Positions 29,121 to 38,746 of a DNA stretch of 64,000 bases are shown here, in pieces (the stretch's first letter is position 1; each line of letters opens with the position of its first letter). Origin of the DNA: Nitrososphaerota archaeon. Lineage in GTDB: Archaea; Thermoproteota; Nitrososphaeria_A; Caldarchaeales; Calditenuaceae. Made by a program: the position numbers and the translations under genes. The stretch covers positions 64,001-128,000 of the forward strand of contig JAWBQR010000003.1 in assembly GCA_038845265.1 (NCBI GenBank). The letters run 5' to 3'. The notes beneath the pieces are model-generated. The model did no database searches. It was not told the origin of the DNA and was given only the letters and a program-made list of their open reading frames with translations.

Positions 29121-30098
29121 CTATAGCCCGTACTCGCTAAGGATGTCTGATACACATATTGCTTTCTTTGTATTTATTGATTGGAGGATGGCCTCCGCCA
29201 CAGCCGTGGCCCTAGCACCTTCTAGACACCCCGGAGATAAATCCTCGTTTTTTCTTAAAGAGGCTACAAAATATTTCAACTCGTTTTTTAGAGGTTCTGA
29301 GTTTGGCGTCATTGGCATATAAGTTCCCTCCGATTTTTCTATGACTACCTCTCGACTTAGAAATTCTAAGTGAATTACACCTTCGGTCCCCGTGATTCGG
29401 AGGTCTCTTTTTTTCCGTGGCGTCAGCCAGTTAGCCTCAATGATGGCAGATCTCTCCTCCTTAAAGGTGATTAATGCCTGTATATAGTCTTCGTTAGAAT
29501 GTCTCAGAGAGCCTCCAGCAGCGTATACAAAGATGGGCTGAGGACCGAAAAAATACATCGATAAGTCGATATCATGTATTGATGTATCCTTTAATACTCC
29601 AATATCACCAATTCTCTCTGGCCATGGGCCGATTCTCCGTCCATAGATAAGTAGTGGTCTTCCAATTATACCACTCTCTAAAGAATCTTTTGCGACCTCC
29701 ACTGCAGGATTAAATCTCTCTATAAATCCAACCATAAGACGCCTACCAGACGATTTAACAGCATCGATGACTCTGATTGATTCATTAAGCGAGGATGCCA
29801 TCGGCTTCTCCACAAATACGTCCTTACCCATCAACAGTGCATTAATGCTGATCTCGGCATGGGTGTTGGAAGGGGTACAAATTGTCACCGCGTCTACATC
29901 ATCGCTCCGAAGGATGTCAAGATAGTTCTGAAATATTTTTGACACACCATATCTCTTAGCAATGTTTTTTGCACGTTCAAGATTTATATCGCACACCGCA
30001 GTCAAAGTAGCTCCCTCAAGCTCGGAAATTACCCTCGCATGATTAGCGCCCCAAAAACCTGTCCCAATGATGCCTATCCTGATGGGGCCGCTGTCCAT
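29121..30098 (-). CDS. Gfo/Idh/MocA oxidoreductase (nucleotide-sugar 3-dehydrogenase-like)
   Basis: IGTGFWG, VEKP, VGFIERFNPAV, DTSIHDID, ANWLTP.K.R. Confidence 0.9.
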   Translation of the reverse strand: MDSGPIRIGIIGTGFWGANHARVISELEGATLTAVCDINLERAKNIAKRYGVSKIFQNYLDILRSDDVDAVTICTPSNTHAEISINALLMGKDVFVEKPMASSLNESIRVIDAVKSSGRRLMVGFIERFNPAVEVAKDSLESGIIGRPLLIYGRRIGPWPERIGDIGVLKDTSIHDIDLSMYFFGPQPIFVYAAGGSLRHSNEDYIQALITFKEERSAIIEANWLTPRKKRDLRITGTEGVIHLEFLSREVVIEKSEGTYMPMTPNSEPLKNELKYFVASLRKNEDLSPGCLEGARATAVAEAILQSINTKKAICVSDILSEYGL

Positions 30099-30101
30099 TT
30101 T

Positions 30102-31226
30102 TTACTCACCAACTCCTACGTAGTCGCAGAGATTAATCACTACGACGCTCTTCCCCATAATAGACTTTACAGTATTTGCTACATATTTATTCCTAGTCGT
30201 TAATAAGACCACATCACATTTACCAGCATATGTCTTTATTCTTTCTTCAAACACCTCGGGCTTTGACCTTTGAAGTTGATGAATCACAAACTTCCTTGAA
30301 GAGAGCTCGCTCAATATTTTCAATCCATCCCCGACCACGAGTATTCTAAGCCTCTCCCTGCCTTTTCTAAGCCCATCCAGCAAATTTATGAGGTCCATCT
30401 CAGCCATCCTTGACATTCTATGAAGAGTCCGCATGATGCCTTTTCCCATCAAGAAATTTGACTCAACACTATCAATTATTTTGAGAACTGGATGCCCACG
30501 CCTCGCTATAAAAGAAAGCCTAACACCCCTACCAAGAAGACCCTTCAAGACTGCCTTAGGTGAGACCGATAATCTCCTAGTCAATAGGAGACTCTCGACT
30601 GTAGAAATTTCTATAGATAATTTCCTAATAAGTAGACTAATTGACGCGATCTCAGCCTCCAAGAGACTTAGACCGGAGACTATTCGTTTTCCATCAACAA
30701 TAGCCCTTACAATCTGAGCAGAACCCTTTGTTAGCCTCCCACCGACCGGTATACGGCCATCCAGCAGCAACGGCAATGGAAGATAAAGGAGAGTCCCGCC
30801 AGACGATGCGTCAAGATCAACCTCTCTCGTGACGAATTTAAAGAGTCTATCCATGAAGCCGGGAAAAGTAAGCCCAGTAACTATAATGGTCCCCCCTCTA
30901 TGAAAATTCTTTGCAACACTTTGGACCAGTCTTAACACGTCCATGTCTTTAAGATCGTTTCTCAACCCAGCCACGTATGAAATCAATAATGTCCCAGTTG
31001 TCCCAGCATCAATGTATCTGTTTGACTGTCTAAGTCTATTGCTATTTATTGAGTCCGCGATAAGCCTCACATAAGCAGGACTCAAGCATCTTTCCGCTAG
31101 ACGCGTTATTCTATATTCTCCACCTATAGAGTAGTACGTAACAGTGAAATCTTTCTTCAATAGCTTTATGGTTGGATATATCCCAGCACCATCAATATCT
31201 AATACCTCGACCACTCTTCTCTTCAT
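30102..31226 (-). CDS. Degenerate UDP-glucose/GDP-mannose dehydrogenase-like protein (start ATG 31226, ATGA overlap)
   Basis: Colinear but eroded family segments: DIDGAG (GxGxxG), TIIVTGLTFPG (ESTVPPG), PVGG, EAEIASI (AEmvK); no GGxC. Confidence 0.55.
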   Translation of the reverse strand: MKRRVVEVLDIDGAGIYPTIKLLKKDFTVTYYSIGGEYRITRLAERCLSPAYVRLIADSINSNRLRQSNRYIDAGTTGTLLISYVAGLRNDLKDMDVLRLVQSVAKNFHRGGTIIVTGLTFPGFMDRLFKFVTREVDLDASSGGTLLYLPLPLLLDGRIPVGGRLTKGSAQIVRAIVDGKRIVSGLSLLEAEIASISLLIRKLSIEISTVESLLLTRRLSVSPKAVLKGLLGRGVRLSFIARRGHPVLKIIDSVESNFLMGKGIMRTLHRMSRMAEMDLINLLDGLRKGRERLRILVVGDGLKILSELSSRKFVIHQLQRSKPEVFEERIKTYAGKCDVVLLTTRNKYVANTVKSIMGKSVVVINLCDYVGVGE

Positions 31227-31459
31227 TTCTCTCTCCTCGTTAAAACTCTGTAAAACCAGTAGTAAGCGAGCGCAGCCCACCAGGCAAGCCATAATCCAAA
31301 CAGCAACAGCGATGCAGCGACCCTCATTATGCTTGCCATTAGGTTTTCATAGACACCGCTAATTATTGGAAGAACGATAAAGCCGATAACTGCCAAGACA
31401 GCGATGAATGAGACCCAAATGATCGATATAAGGAGAATCGTGAAAAAGAGCGTTCTCAA
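31223..31459 (-). CDS. Small 2-TM hypothetical protein
   Basis: 78 aa, two hydrophobic helices, translationally coupled within the operon. Confidence 0.65.
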   Translation of the reverse strand: MRTLFFTILLISIIWVSFIAVLAVIGFIVLPIISGVYENLMASIMRVAASLLLFGLWLAWWAALAYYWFYRVLTRREK

Positions 31460-31463
31460 AGAG

Positions 31464-32447
31464 TCAAACCACCTGGTCGATGAACTGAGTCAAGACGGCA
31501 AGTATCGAGGAGTATAAGCAGACTATTCCCATGTAGATGGCGATCTGAACCTCGCTTCTAGGCCTATCAGCTGCAAGCATTCTGACTAATGTGAGAGGAG
31601 CGGCTGGGCTTAGATTTGACAATATTAAGTTGCCTGAGACCTTAATAGGTCTAGTAATGACTTGTTTACCTGATTTAAGGCCCCTCAATGAGACAAGGAC
31701 ATAAAACTCATTCATTATATGTGGAATTAAGGCAATGATTGCCACTACTTCAAGCCTAGAGGTGATAGCGATTCCAGCAATAACCGCTCCTATCAAGTTG
31801 CTGCCAGCGTTTCCACTAAATGCCCTCGCAGGGCACCAGTTGTATTTCAGGAAACCCAGCATAGAGGCGACAAGAATCATTGCCATCAATGAGACATCTG
31901 TTTTATTATTCATTATTGATAGTCCTGCCAACGTTAATAGTGGTGGAAGACTTGTAAGGACAAGTGATCCGTTGACGACGTCTAGACTATTAACAGCGTT
32001 CGTTACGATTGTATAGGCAACTAACACAAGTAATGGATAGAGTATCGTGATTCTGACCTGTCCTATGAACGGAAGGATCGGCCTAGGTTCATAGAGCCCG
32101 AGAAACACTATGGGAAGACCCGGCAATATGAGCAATAATGGTTTTAGGATCGGGTTTAGTTCTCTAAAATCCTCAATTAATCCTATGATTGCAGCTATTG
32201 CAGGCGCTATTAAAAAAGGTACGATAAGGTCGTTTCTTGATAATATGAGGAATATTCCTGAAGCTGCTAGGTAAGTGATTACTATTGCGAGACCCCCTAT
32301 GCGGGGAACTAAGGGGTGTCCGGGCTTATGCACATCTCTACCCAGTATTCCCCGTGAAAAAGAGAACTTGATAATTAATTTAGTTAATAATAGAGATGAG
32401 ATAAATGAGAGAAGGAATAAGCCCGCGAGTAGTATGATGTTCTCCAT
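31464..32447 (-). CDS. MraY/WecA-family UDP-GlcNAc:dolichyl-phosphate GlcNAc-1-P transferase (AglH/Alg7-like)
   Basis: GRDVHKP..P.VPRIGGLA, IGLIEDF, NAVNSLDVVNG, FLKYNWCPARAFSGNAG. Confidence 0.85.
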   Translation of the reverse strand: MENIILLAGLFLLSFISSLLLTKLIIKFSFSRGILGRDVHKPGHPLVPRIGGLAIVITYLAASGIFLILSRNDLIVPFLIAPAIAAIIGLIEDFRELNPILKPLLLILPGLPIVFLGLYEPRPILPFIGQVRITILYPLLVLVAYTIVTNAVNSLDVVNGSLVLTSLPPLLTLAGLSIMNNKTDVSLMAMILVASMLGFLKYNWCPARAFSGNAGSNLIGAVIAGIAITSRLEVVAIIALIPHIMNEFYVLVSLRGLKSGKQVITRPIKVSGNLILSNLSPAAPLTLVRMLAADRPRSEVQIAIYMGIVCLYSSILAVLTQFIDQVV

Positions 32448-32546
32448 GCATTATCCCATCTAAGATTGGCTTAATATATGGTTAATTCTAATATCTTGAT
32501 AAGCATTGCGGATGCCATTAATCTTAATGATAGGAGGAGTGAATAA

Positions 32547-33599
32547 ATGGACGTTTGGGTAGACATCCTCACACCGAAACAAGTATTGTATTTCTGGCCA
32601 GTCGTAGAAAAACTTAGAGACAAGGGCCATGAAGTATTAGTTACCGCACGGAGGTATGAACAGCTTGACTGGCTGATCAGCAGAATTAATCTGGATATAA
32701 AGGTAATAGGCGAGTTTGGAGGAGAGACACTATACGGCAAGCTCCTATCAAGTACTAGGAGACAACTCGAACTACTAGAATTATTCAGAGAAGATAAGCC
32801 TAGAATTGTATTATCGAGCGGCTCAATAGAAGCCTCCAGGATTTCATATGGATTGGGAGCGCGGCATATATTGGCTTCAGACACTGTTCACTCACCAGTG
32901 AATAGAATATGTGTTCCACTATCTGAATTAATCCTGACTCCACGCTTTATTCCAATAAAGGAGTGGCTGAGATATGGTGCAAAAAAAGGAATGATTAAGA
33001 GATATAGATCTCTCGATCCAGTCGCATGGATGAAGAGAATAAGTACTTTTCAGGAATCTTATATGGAAATTGACTTGCCGGAAAATTATATATTGGTAAG
33101 GACGCCGGAGAGTAAGGCATCATACATTCTTGGTAAAGGACTAGAGGAGGTAATTAAACTAATTAACATTATTACAAAACTTGAAGAATACAGCATAGTA
33201 GTGTTGACAAGATACAGAGAAGAAGCTAACCTTATTAGAGAAAAATTGCCCAAAGGCATAATTATAATTGAGAAGCCTATATTAGCTATTCCATTAATTA
33301 AAAAAGCGAGCCTTGTTTTATCAGGAGGCGGAACAATGACTCAAGAAGCAGCGCTCCTAGGTAAACCTACAATAATGTTTTATCCTGGAAAACTTCCAGC
33401 CGTGCATAGATTCCTAGCTAGGTTAGGACTAATAAAGAGGATTCCACCAAGCATGCTTCATAGGGTTCCCTATATTGCTGCTCAACTATTATCCGAAAAA
33501 TCGAAAAGTAAACTCGCCGCAAAAGCTGAAAAATTAATGAGGACACTCGAAGACCCAGCTGAGTTTATTTATCGATATGTTAATTCACTTCTGACATAA
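32547..33599 (+). CDS. DUF354 family GT-B-fold protein
   Basis: VWVDILTPKQV, GHEVLVTAR, VIGEFGG, VLSSGS, VRTPE, SGGGTMTQEAALLGKPTI. Confidence 0.88.
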   Translation: MDVWVDILTPKQVLYFWPVVEKLRDKGHEVLVTARRYEQLDWLISRINLDIKVIGEFGGETLYGKLLSSTRRQLELLELFREDKPRIVLSSGSIEASRISYGLGARHILASDTVHSPVNRICVPLSELILTPRFIPIKEWLRYGAKKGMIKRYRSLDPVAWMKRISTFQESYMEIDLPENYILVRTPESKASYILGKGLEEVIKLINIITKLEEYSIVVLTRYREEANLIREKLPKGIIIIEKPILAIPLIKKASLVLSGGGTMTQEAALLGKPTIMFYPGKLPAVHRFLARLGLIKRIPPSMLHRVPYIAAQLLSEKSKSKLAAKAEKLMRTLEDPAEFIYRYVNSLLT

Positions 33600-35213
33600 T
33601 TCTCTGAGAGTATCCTCTATGCTTAATAACTTGTCATAAGCGTATCTCAAGTCTTTTCTGAATGAATCATATATCTTCTTGTAGCTTTGCTGGCTTAATT
33701 CACCTTTCTGAAAATCTGTATAATTCCTCAGAATTACTCTCAATGCCTCACTAAGCACACCTAACGATGAGTTTATCTCCTTTGTTGTTTCCTGTATCTC
33801 GATTGTTTTTTCCTCTAGTTTTTCAATCGAGTTTATAACTTCATCAGCAATTCTGCGCACAACGTGTACCTTATCAGTCATAACTTGCGGTCTCGTCTTT
33901 ACAGCCGTGGGGGATAACCCATTCTCGATCTCCAGTAATATTGATCTCAACTTTTGTAATTCTTGTATAGCTTTTGAAATTGTCTGTAAATCCTTTTGAC
34001 TTATTATCTTAGTCCGCGGAAACTTACCGCGGATTACCTGCAATACGATGGCACTTAATATTATGACTACAAAGCCTCCGCCTATGATCCAAGAGGCAAG
34101 AGAAGCTGAGCTAGACGACTTGACCAATGGAAGAGTGATGTAATTGTTTTGATAGATATTTAGTTCTCTGCTCTCGATTCTTGCGATAGCTGCTCCAGCC
34201 TCGTCGTGATGATATTCAGCAACATTTGCATTTGTCATATCAACTTCGTATCCGGCTGGAAGAATTACAGAAATACTCAATGAACCGACTGTTGCATTTA
34301 TTGGTGTGAAGAGTAATATCTTCACTTCATCGTCATTTATGTACATTGTTTCTGGTGTCTGGCATTTTGCCAAAATTGTGAATGTGTATCTCCACGAGTT
34401 TTGGAGGGCATATCGTGACTGTTCAAGATTGACAGTGAGTATATTTTTTTCTTTGCTCCATGAGTAGGACAGCTTACCTAGAGTGTCTCTTACTTCCTTT
34501 ACTTCAATTCCATTGGGAAAATTTAGGTCCAACTGTCTCAGCAAGCTATTAGCTTGGTTCTTTATCCTCATCGTTATGACTATAATTGATTCTGAAGGCT
34601 CATAAGTCATGTCAAGACTTTCAACATGAATTAGAGATATTCCACTCGAGATTAGCCTAATTCTTATCGGATCTGGAATCGTATCACCAGAAATCGTGAT
34701 GTTGTTTTTCTCTAATCCACGATTAGTTAGTGTCCAGTCTGAGGGGGCACCCGGATATCTAACGTAACTCGTTGATGAGAAGAGTATATTTGCATGGACA
34801 GTCTGTCCCTGAATTAAGGGCTCAGCATTTATGACTAACTCGTAGTTATTTCCTCCCGCATCATATATTAATTCTCTATAAATTGCTGTAATTATCAAAT
34901 CCGTCGACTTGGGGTTTATCTCATAAATGTATAGTCCCGACGGTGACTTTTCTATGAATTTGCTTTCCCCGCCATTAACTACGAGTTGAACAAGTCGGTT
35001 ATGCATCTCTTCAACTATTCCAAACCTAAAGCTATCATCCGCTCCGTGAATCTTATCTACCACATATACCAGGCCACCGTTCTCCGGAATGATAGTCCTA
35101 TCAACCATAAGAACATTTTCCGGCCTAGCAGAGATAGGCATCAAGAAGATTAGCAATACCGCCAAGACCACGATGATCGGAATCCTCAATTTCTTATCCA
35201 AAGCTATAATCAT
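33585..35213 (-). CDS. Ribophorin I/Ost1-like type I membrane protein
   Basis: Signal peptide, beta-rich ectodomain, one TM (about aa 372-394), C-terminal helical bundle; motifs [24 protein letters not shown] and [11 protein letters not shown] match recalled RPN1 motifs in order. Confidence 0.65.
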   Translation of the reverse strand: [542 protein letters not shown]

Positions 35214-35310
35214 CTAGAATAAAGAGATATTCTATTGTCGTTTAGAAAAGCCTCCTTTCATTATTCAAAGATATAGGGCGTTGTGATGACCTAAAGAAAT
35301 GATTTTCATA

Positions 35311-36474
35311 TTAATATGTTTCTGCCAGCCTCTCAATTATCTCGACTCCATATGGATATCTCATTGCTAATTCCTTCGACATTATTATCTGCCTCTCTAT
35401 CCTATCAAGCGCCGTCCTTGCGGCTAGGTCCGGCGTCCATCCCTCGCCAACCCCGACAAATTGGTATTTATCAGTCTTCAACCGAGCTCTACAATGAATT
35501 AAGTGGCGCTCGCCATGTTTCTCCTTATGCTCCTTAAAATGTAGTGTGAGTACACCTTTACCTATAGTCTTCCTTAGCCTATTTATGAAACGCCTAGACA
35601 TGAGCGACACTCGTTCTTTTGACGATGTGTCAATGCTTCCCAGCTTATAGATTACTTGGACATCAATATCCTCAACAAATTGAGAACCAAGTCTTGCTAT
35701 CGGCGCCAGTATATCGATCAAAGTTAATATTCCGACTACCTTTCGATCCTCAACGACGACAAGACTACTGATATCGTACTGCTCCATTCTATCTAAGGCT
35801 CTCTGAACTGGCTCCCATGGATACGCCGTATGAACGGGGACAGTCATAATGTCTCTGACCCTATTACTTAACGTTCTTATTTTTTCACCCATCATGTCTC
35901 CTATACTTGATTTTTCTCTCGGAAGTATTATCTTAGTAATTAAATCATGAAGAGTTAGAATGCCTCTAAGCTCACCATTCTCGACTACTGGGAGCCTCGA
36001 GACGCCCATATCACGCATAACACTAACAGCCTTTCCTATCGTATCATCCACATTTATGACCACCGGGTCTCTAGTCATGACCTCTCTCACCTTAATCCCA
36101 CGGAGAAACCTACTGCAAGAAGACACAACATCTCTGACCGTCAGTATTCCTACCACTTTCTCGTCCTGTAGTACCGGAATGGCTTTAAGGCTATTTTCAA
36201 TCATGAGTCTCGCAGCCTTACATACATTATCATCTGGGCTCAGCTTAGGGGGTCTTAAGGCAACCGAGGCTGCCTTAACGACAAGCGGGTTTAGACGAGG
36301 CTTCAGAAGAACCCTCTCAGTAATTATCCCAAAAAATTTCTCTCCCTCAACAACTACTATTAATGGAGGATGCTCAGTCTCAAAGACACCCTTCGCCCTT
36401 GTTAGAGACTCATCGGCAGCTATCGTGACAAATGACGACGACATATAATCCTTAACTAAAGGCAGCTCTGACAT
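35311..36474 (-). CDS. 4xCBS + C-terminal HPF/RaiA-like domain protein (Hib/Dri-like ribosome hibernation factor)
   Basis: Four CBS repeats, then LTLHFKEH...HCRARLKT...FVGVGEGW...ARTALDRIERQI. Confidence 0.75.
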   Translation of the reverse strand: MSELPLVKDYMSSSFVTIAADESLTRAKGVFETEHPPLIVVVEGEKFFGIITERVLLKPRLNPLVVKAASVALRPPKLSPDDNVCKAARLMIENSLKAIPVLQDEKVVGILTVRDVVSSCSRFLRGIKVREVMTRDPVVINVDDTIGKAVSVMRDMGVSRLPVVENGELRGILTLHDLITKIILPREKSSIGDMMGEKIRTLSNRVRDIMTVPVHTAYPWEPVQRALDRMEQYDISSLVVVEDRKVVGILTLIDILAPIARLGSQFVEDIDVQVIYKLGSIDTSSKERVSLMSRRFINRLRKTIGKGVLTLHFKEHKEKHGERHLIHCRARLKTDKYQFVGVGEGWTPDLAARTALDRIERQIIMSKELAMRYPYGVEIIERLAETY

Positions 36475-36595
36475 AGTTAGCTCTGATAGTAATAATGCGC
36501 GGCGTGAGATTTAAGCTATTTTATTCGAGCCGCCCATCCAATATTCTTATCCGAGTCAACGCTTTATACTGGACGATTAAAGAATTAGAGATGAA

Positions 36596-37486
36596 ATGAG
36601 TGGCGAACAGTTGATATACATAGATGGTGAGCTTGTTCAGCGATCAGATGCAAAGATTTCAGTACTGGACCACGGTCTACTCTACGGCGACGGCGTATTT
36701 GAGGGAATAAGATGCTATAATGGCGTAGTATTCAAGCTTAAGGAACATATTGACAGGCTTTACAGGTCTGCAAAAGTCATAAAGCTGGATATACCAATGA
36801 CTAAGGAAGAGATGATTAAAGCCGTGATCGATACGCTGAAATCAAACGGCTTAAGAGACGCCTATATCAGGCTAATCGTGACTAGGGGTGTTGGAGACCT
36901 AGGACTCGACCCAAGAAAATGCTCAAAGCCATCAATAATAATAATTGCAGAGAAGCTTGAGCCGATTCTTGGAAAAATTGCAAGAGAGAAAGGAGCAAGA
37001 GTAATCATTAGTTCTGTTCGCAGAGACCCGGTCTATGGCACAAGCCACGAAGTTAAGAGCCTCAATTATCTTAACAGCATCCTAGCAAAGCTTGAAGCAA
37101 TTAATGCCAATGCAGATGATGCAATCATGCTTGACTCAAGAGGGTTCGTATCTGAAGCCTCAGCCGCAAACCTCTTCATTGTTAAGGAAGGCACAATAAT
37201 AACACCCCCAGTCACGGCCGGCATACTACCTGGAATAACTAGAGCATTTGTGATGGAGCTTGCGAAATCTCTGGGAATAAGTGTTTATGAGAGAGACATA
37301 ACTCCAGTAGAACTCATGACTGCTGATGAGGTTTTCCTGACAGGTACTGGCGCAGAGATCGTGCCAGTCACAGTGATTAATGGCATCAAAATTGGAGATG
37401 GTACACCCGGCAGGTTAACAAAATTACTGATCGACGAGTTTGATAAGAGAAAGAGTCTACCCTCAGAAGGTATACCAATCAGTTAG
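36596..37486 (+). CDS. ilvE: Branched-chain amino acid aminotransferase
   Basis: DHGLLYGDGVFEGIR, YIRLIVTRG, KSLNYLN, ILPGITR, ADEVFLTGT. Confidence 0.95.
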   Translation: MSGEQLIYIDGELVQRSDAKISVLDHGLLYGDGVFEGIRCYNGVVFKLKEHIDRLYRSAKVIKLDIPMTKEEMIKAVIDTLKSNGLRDAYIRLIVTRGVGDLGLDPRKCSKPSIIIIAEKLEPILGKIAREKGARVIISSVRRDPVYGTSHEVKSLNYLNSILAKLEAINANADDAIMLDSRGFVSEASAANLFIVKEGTIITPPVTAGILPGITRAFVMELAKSLGISVYERDITPVELMTADEVFLTGTGAEIVPVTVINGIKIGDGTPGRLTKLLIDEFDKRKSLPSEGIPIS

Positions 37487-37529
37487 ATAAAATATCACCA
37501 GTTGTTTTTCAGATTAATTAATTGGCTTT

Positions 37530-38735
37530 TTGCTAGAAGATGTAATGCGATTAAAAATTTATCATAAGGTTTGGATCACCGTAATTTTTATCTGGATATC
37601 AATCTACACAGTCAGGATAACTCTATCACCAGCCCTTCCATTTATAATTTCTGAATTCAAGCTTAGCTACACTGAGGCAGGAATAGCCGCTTCCGTCATA
37701 TTCTATACCTATACATCTATGCAGTTTATTGCTGGCTTTCTAGGAGCTCGCTTCGGCAGAAAGAGACTTTTGATAATTGGGACCCTATTGAATGGTTTTG
37801 GTGGCTTCTTGACAGCAATTTCTAATAGCTTCTCACAGCTTTTACTGGCAAGAATTCTCACAGGAATTGGTGCCGGACTAATCTTCAGTAACGATAGAGC
37901 AATTGTTGCTTCATACACTCCCATTGAGATGGCTGGAATGGGTCAGGGCTTATCTTTTTCAGGGGTGGGTATAGGAATGACTCTTGGAATACTCGTAGGT
38001 GGATTAATCACCGTCAATTTAGGATGGAGATGGGCCTTCATTGTCTTCTCTATTTTCGCAGCAATACCAATACTGATGGCGGCAACAATGTTTTCAGAAC
38101 CAATTATAAATAAGAGCGAAGACTCCTCTTCTAGTTCAATCCGTCAATTATTTCATAACAAGGACTACTTAGCAGTTATATTTGGAGGATTCCCGGTTCA
38201 ATATTCATTTTGGGTAATGGCAACATGGTTACCGACAATATTGATTGAGTCAGGTCAAGCCGATGCAGCACTATCCTCAGGAATCACGGCGATATTAGGG
38301 ATATCAGTACCATTTGGTTTAATAGTCCTCGGTAGGCTGGCAGACATGAGAGCTTTAAAAGGCGGCGATAGCAGAGCCATCCTAGTTTATAGTAGCTTGT
38401 CACTCTCTGCAGCAATACTTGGCATAACAATGCTTGTCATCTATAAAGCATACGTATTTCTGCTTGCTCCATTAATATTCCTTGCCAGCTTTCTGATATT
38501 CGGCATAGGCGCTGTACAGATGAGAATAGTTTCAAGAATTGTGGAAAATAAAAACTTGCTACCAATTGCCTTTGGATACTTGAACGGTGTTTCATTTTTG
38601 GCTCCAATTATTTCGCCATACGTAACTGGCTTTCTAAGAGACGTTACCGGAGACTTCACTTGGGGATTAGTGCTGTCATTCATGGCTCCCTTAGCTTCTT
38701 TTATCCTCTTCAGATATATATCTAAGAAAATTTAG
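37530..38735 (+). CDS. MFS transporter (start probably ATG 37545)
   Basis: GFLGARFGRK motif A, about 12 TM, GWRWAF. Confidence 0.9.
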   Translation: MLEDVMRLKIYHKVWITVIFIWISIYTVRITLSPALPFIISEFKLSYTEAGIAASVIFYTYTSMQFIAGFLGARFGRKRLLIIGTLLNGFGGFLTAISNSFSQLLLARILTGIGAGLIFSNDRAIVASYTPIEMAGMGQGLSFSGVGIGMTLGILVGGLITVNLGWRWAFIVFSIFAAIPILMAATMFSEPIINKSEDSSSSSIRQLFHNKDYLAVIFGGFPVQYSFWVMATWLPTILIESGQADAALSSGITAILGISVPFGLIVLGRLADMRALKGGDSRAILVYSSLSLSAAILGITMLVIYKAYVFLLAPLIFLASFLIFGIGAVQMRIVSRIVENKNLLPIAFGYLNGVSFLAPIISPYVTGFLRDVTGDFTWGLVLSFMAPLASFILFRYISKKI

Positions 38736-38746
38736 TTGAGATTGTT

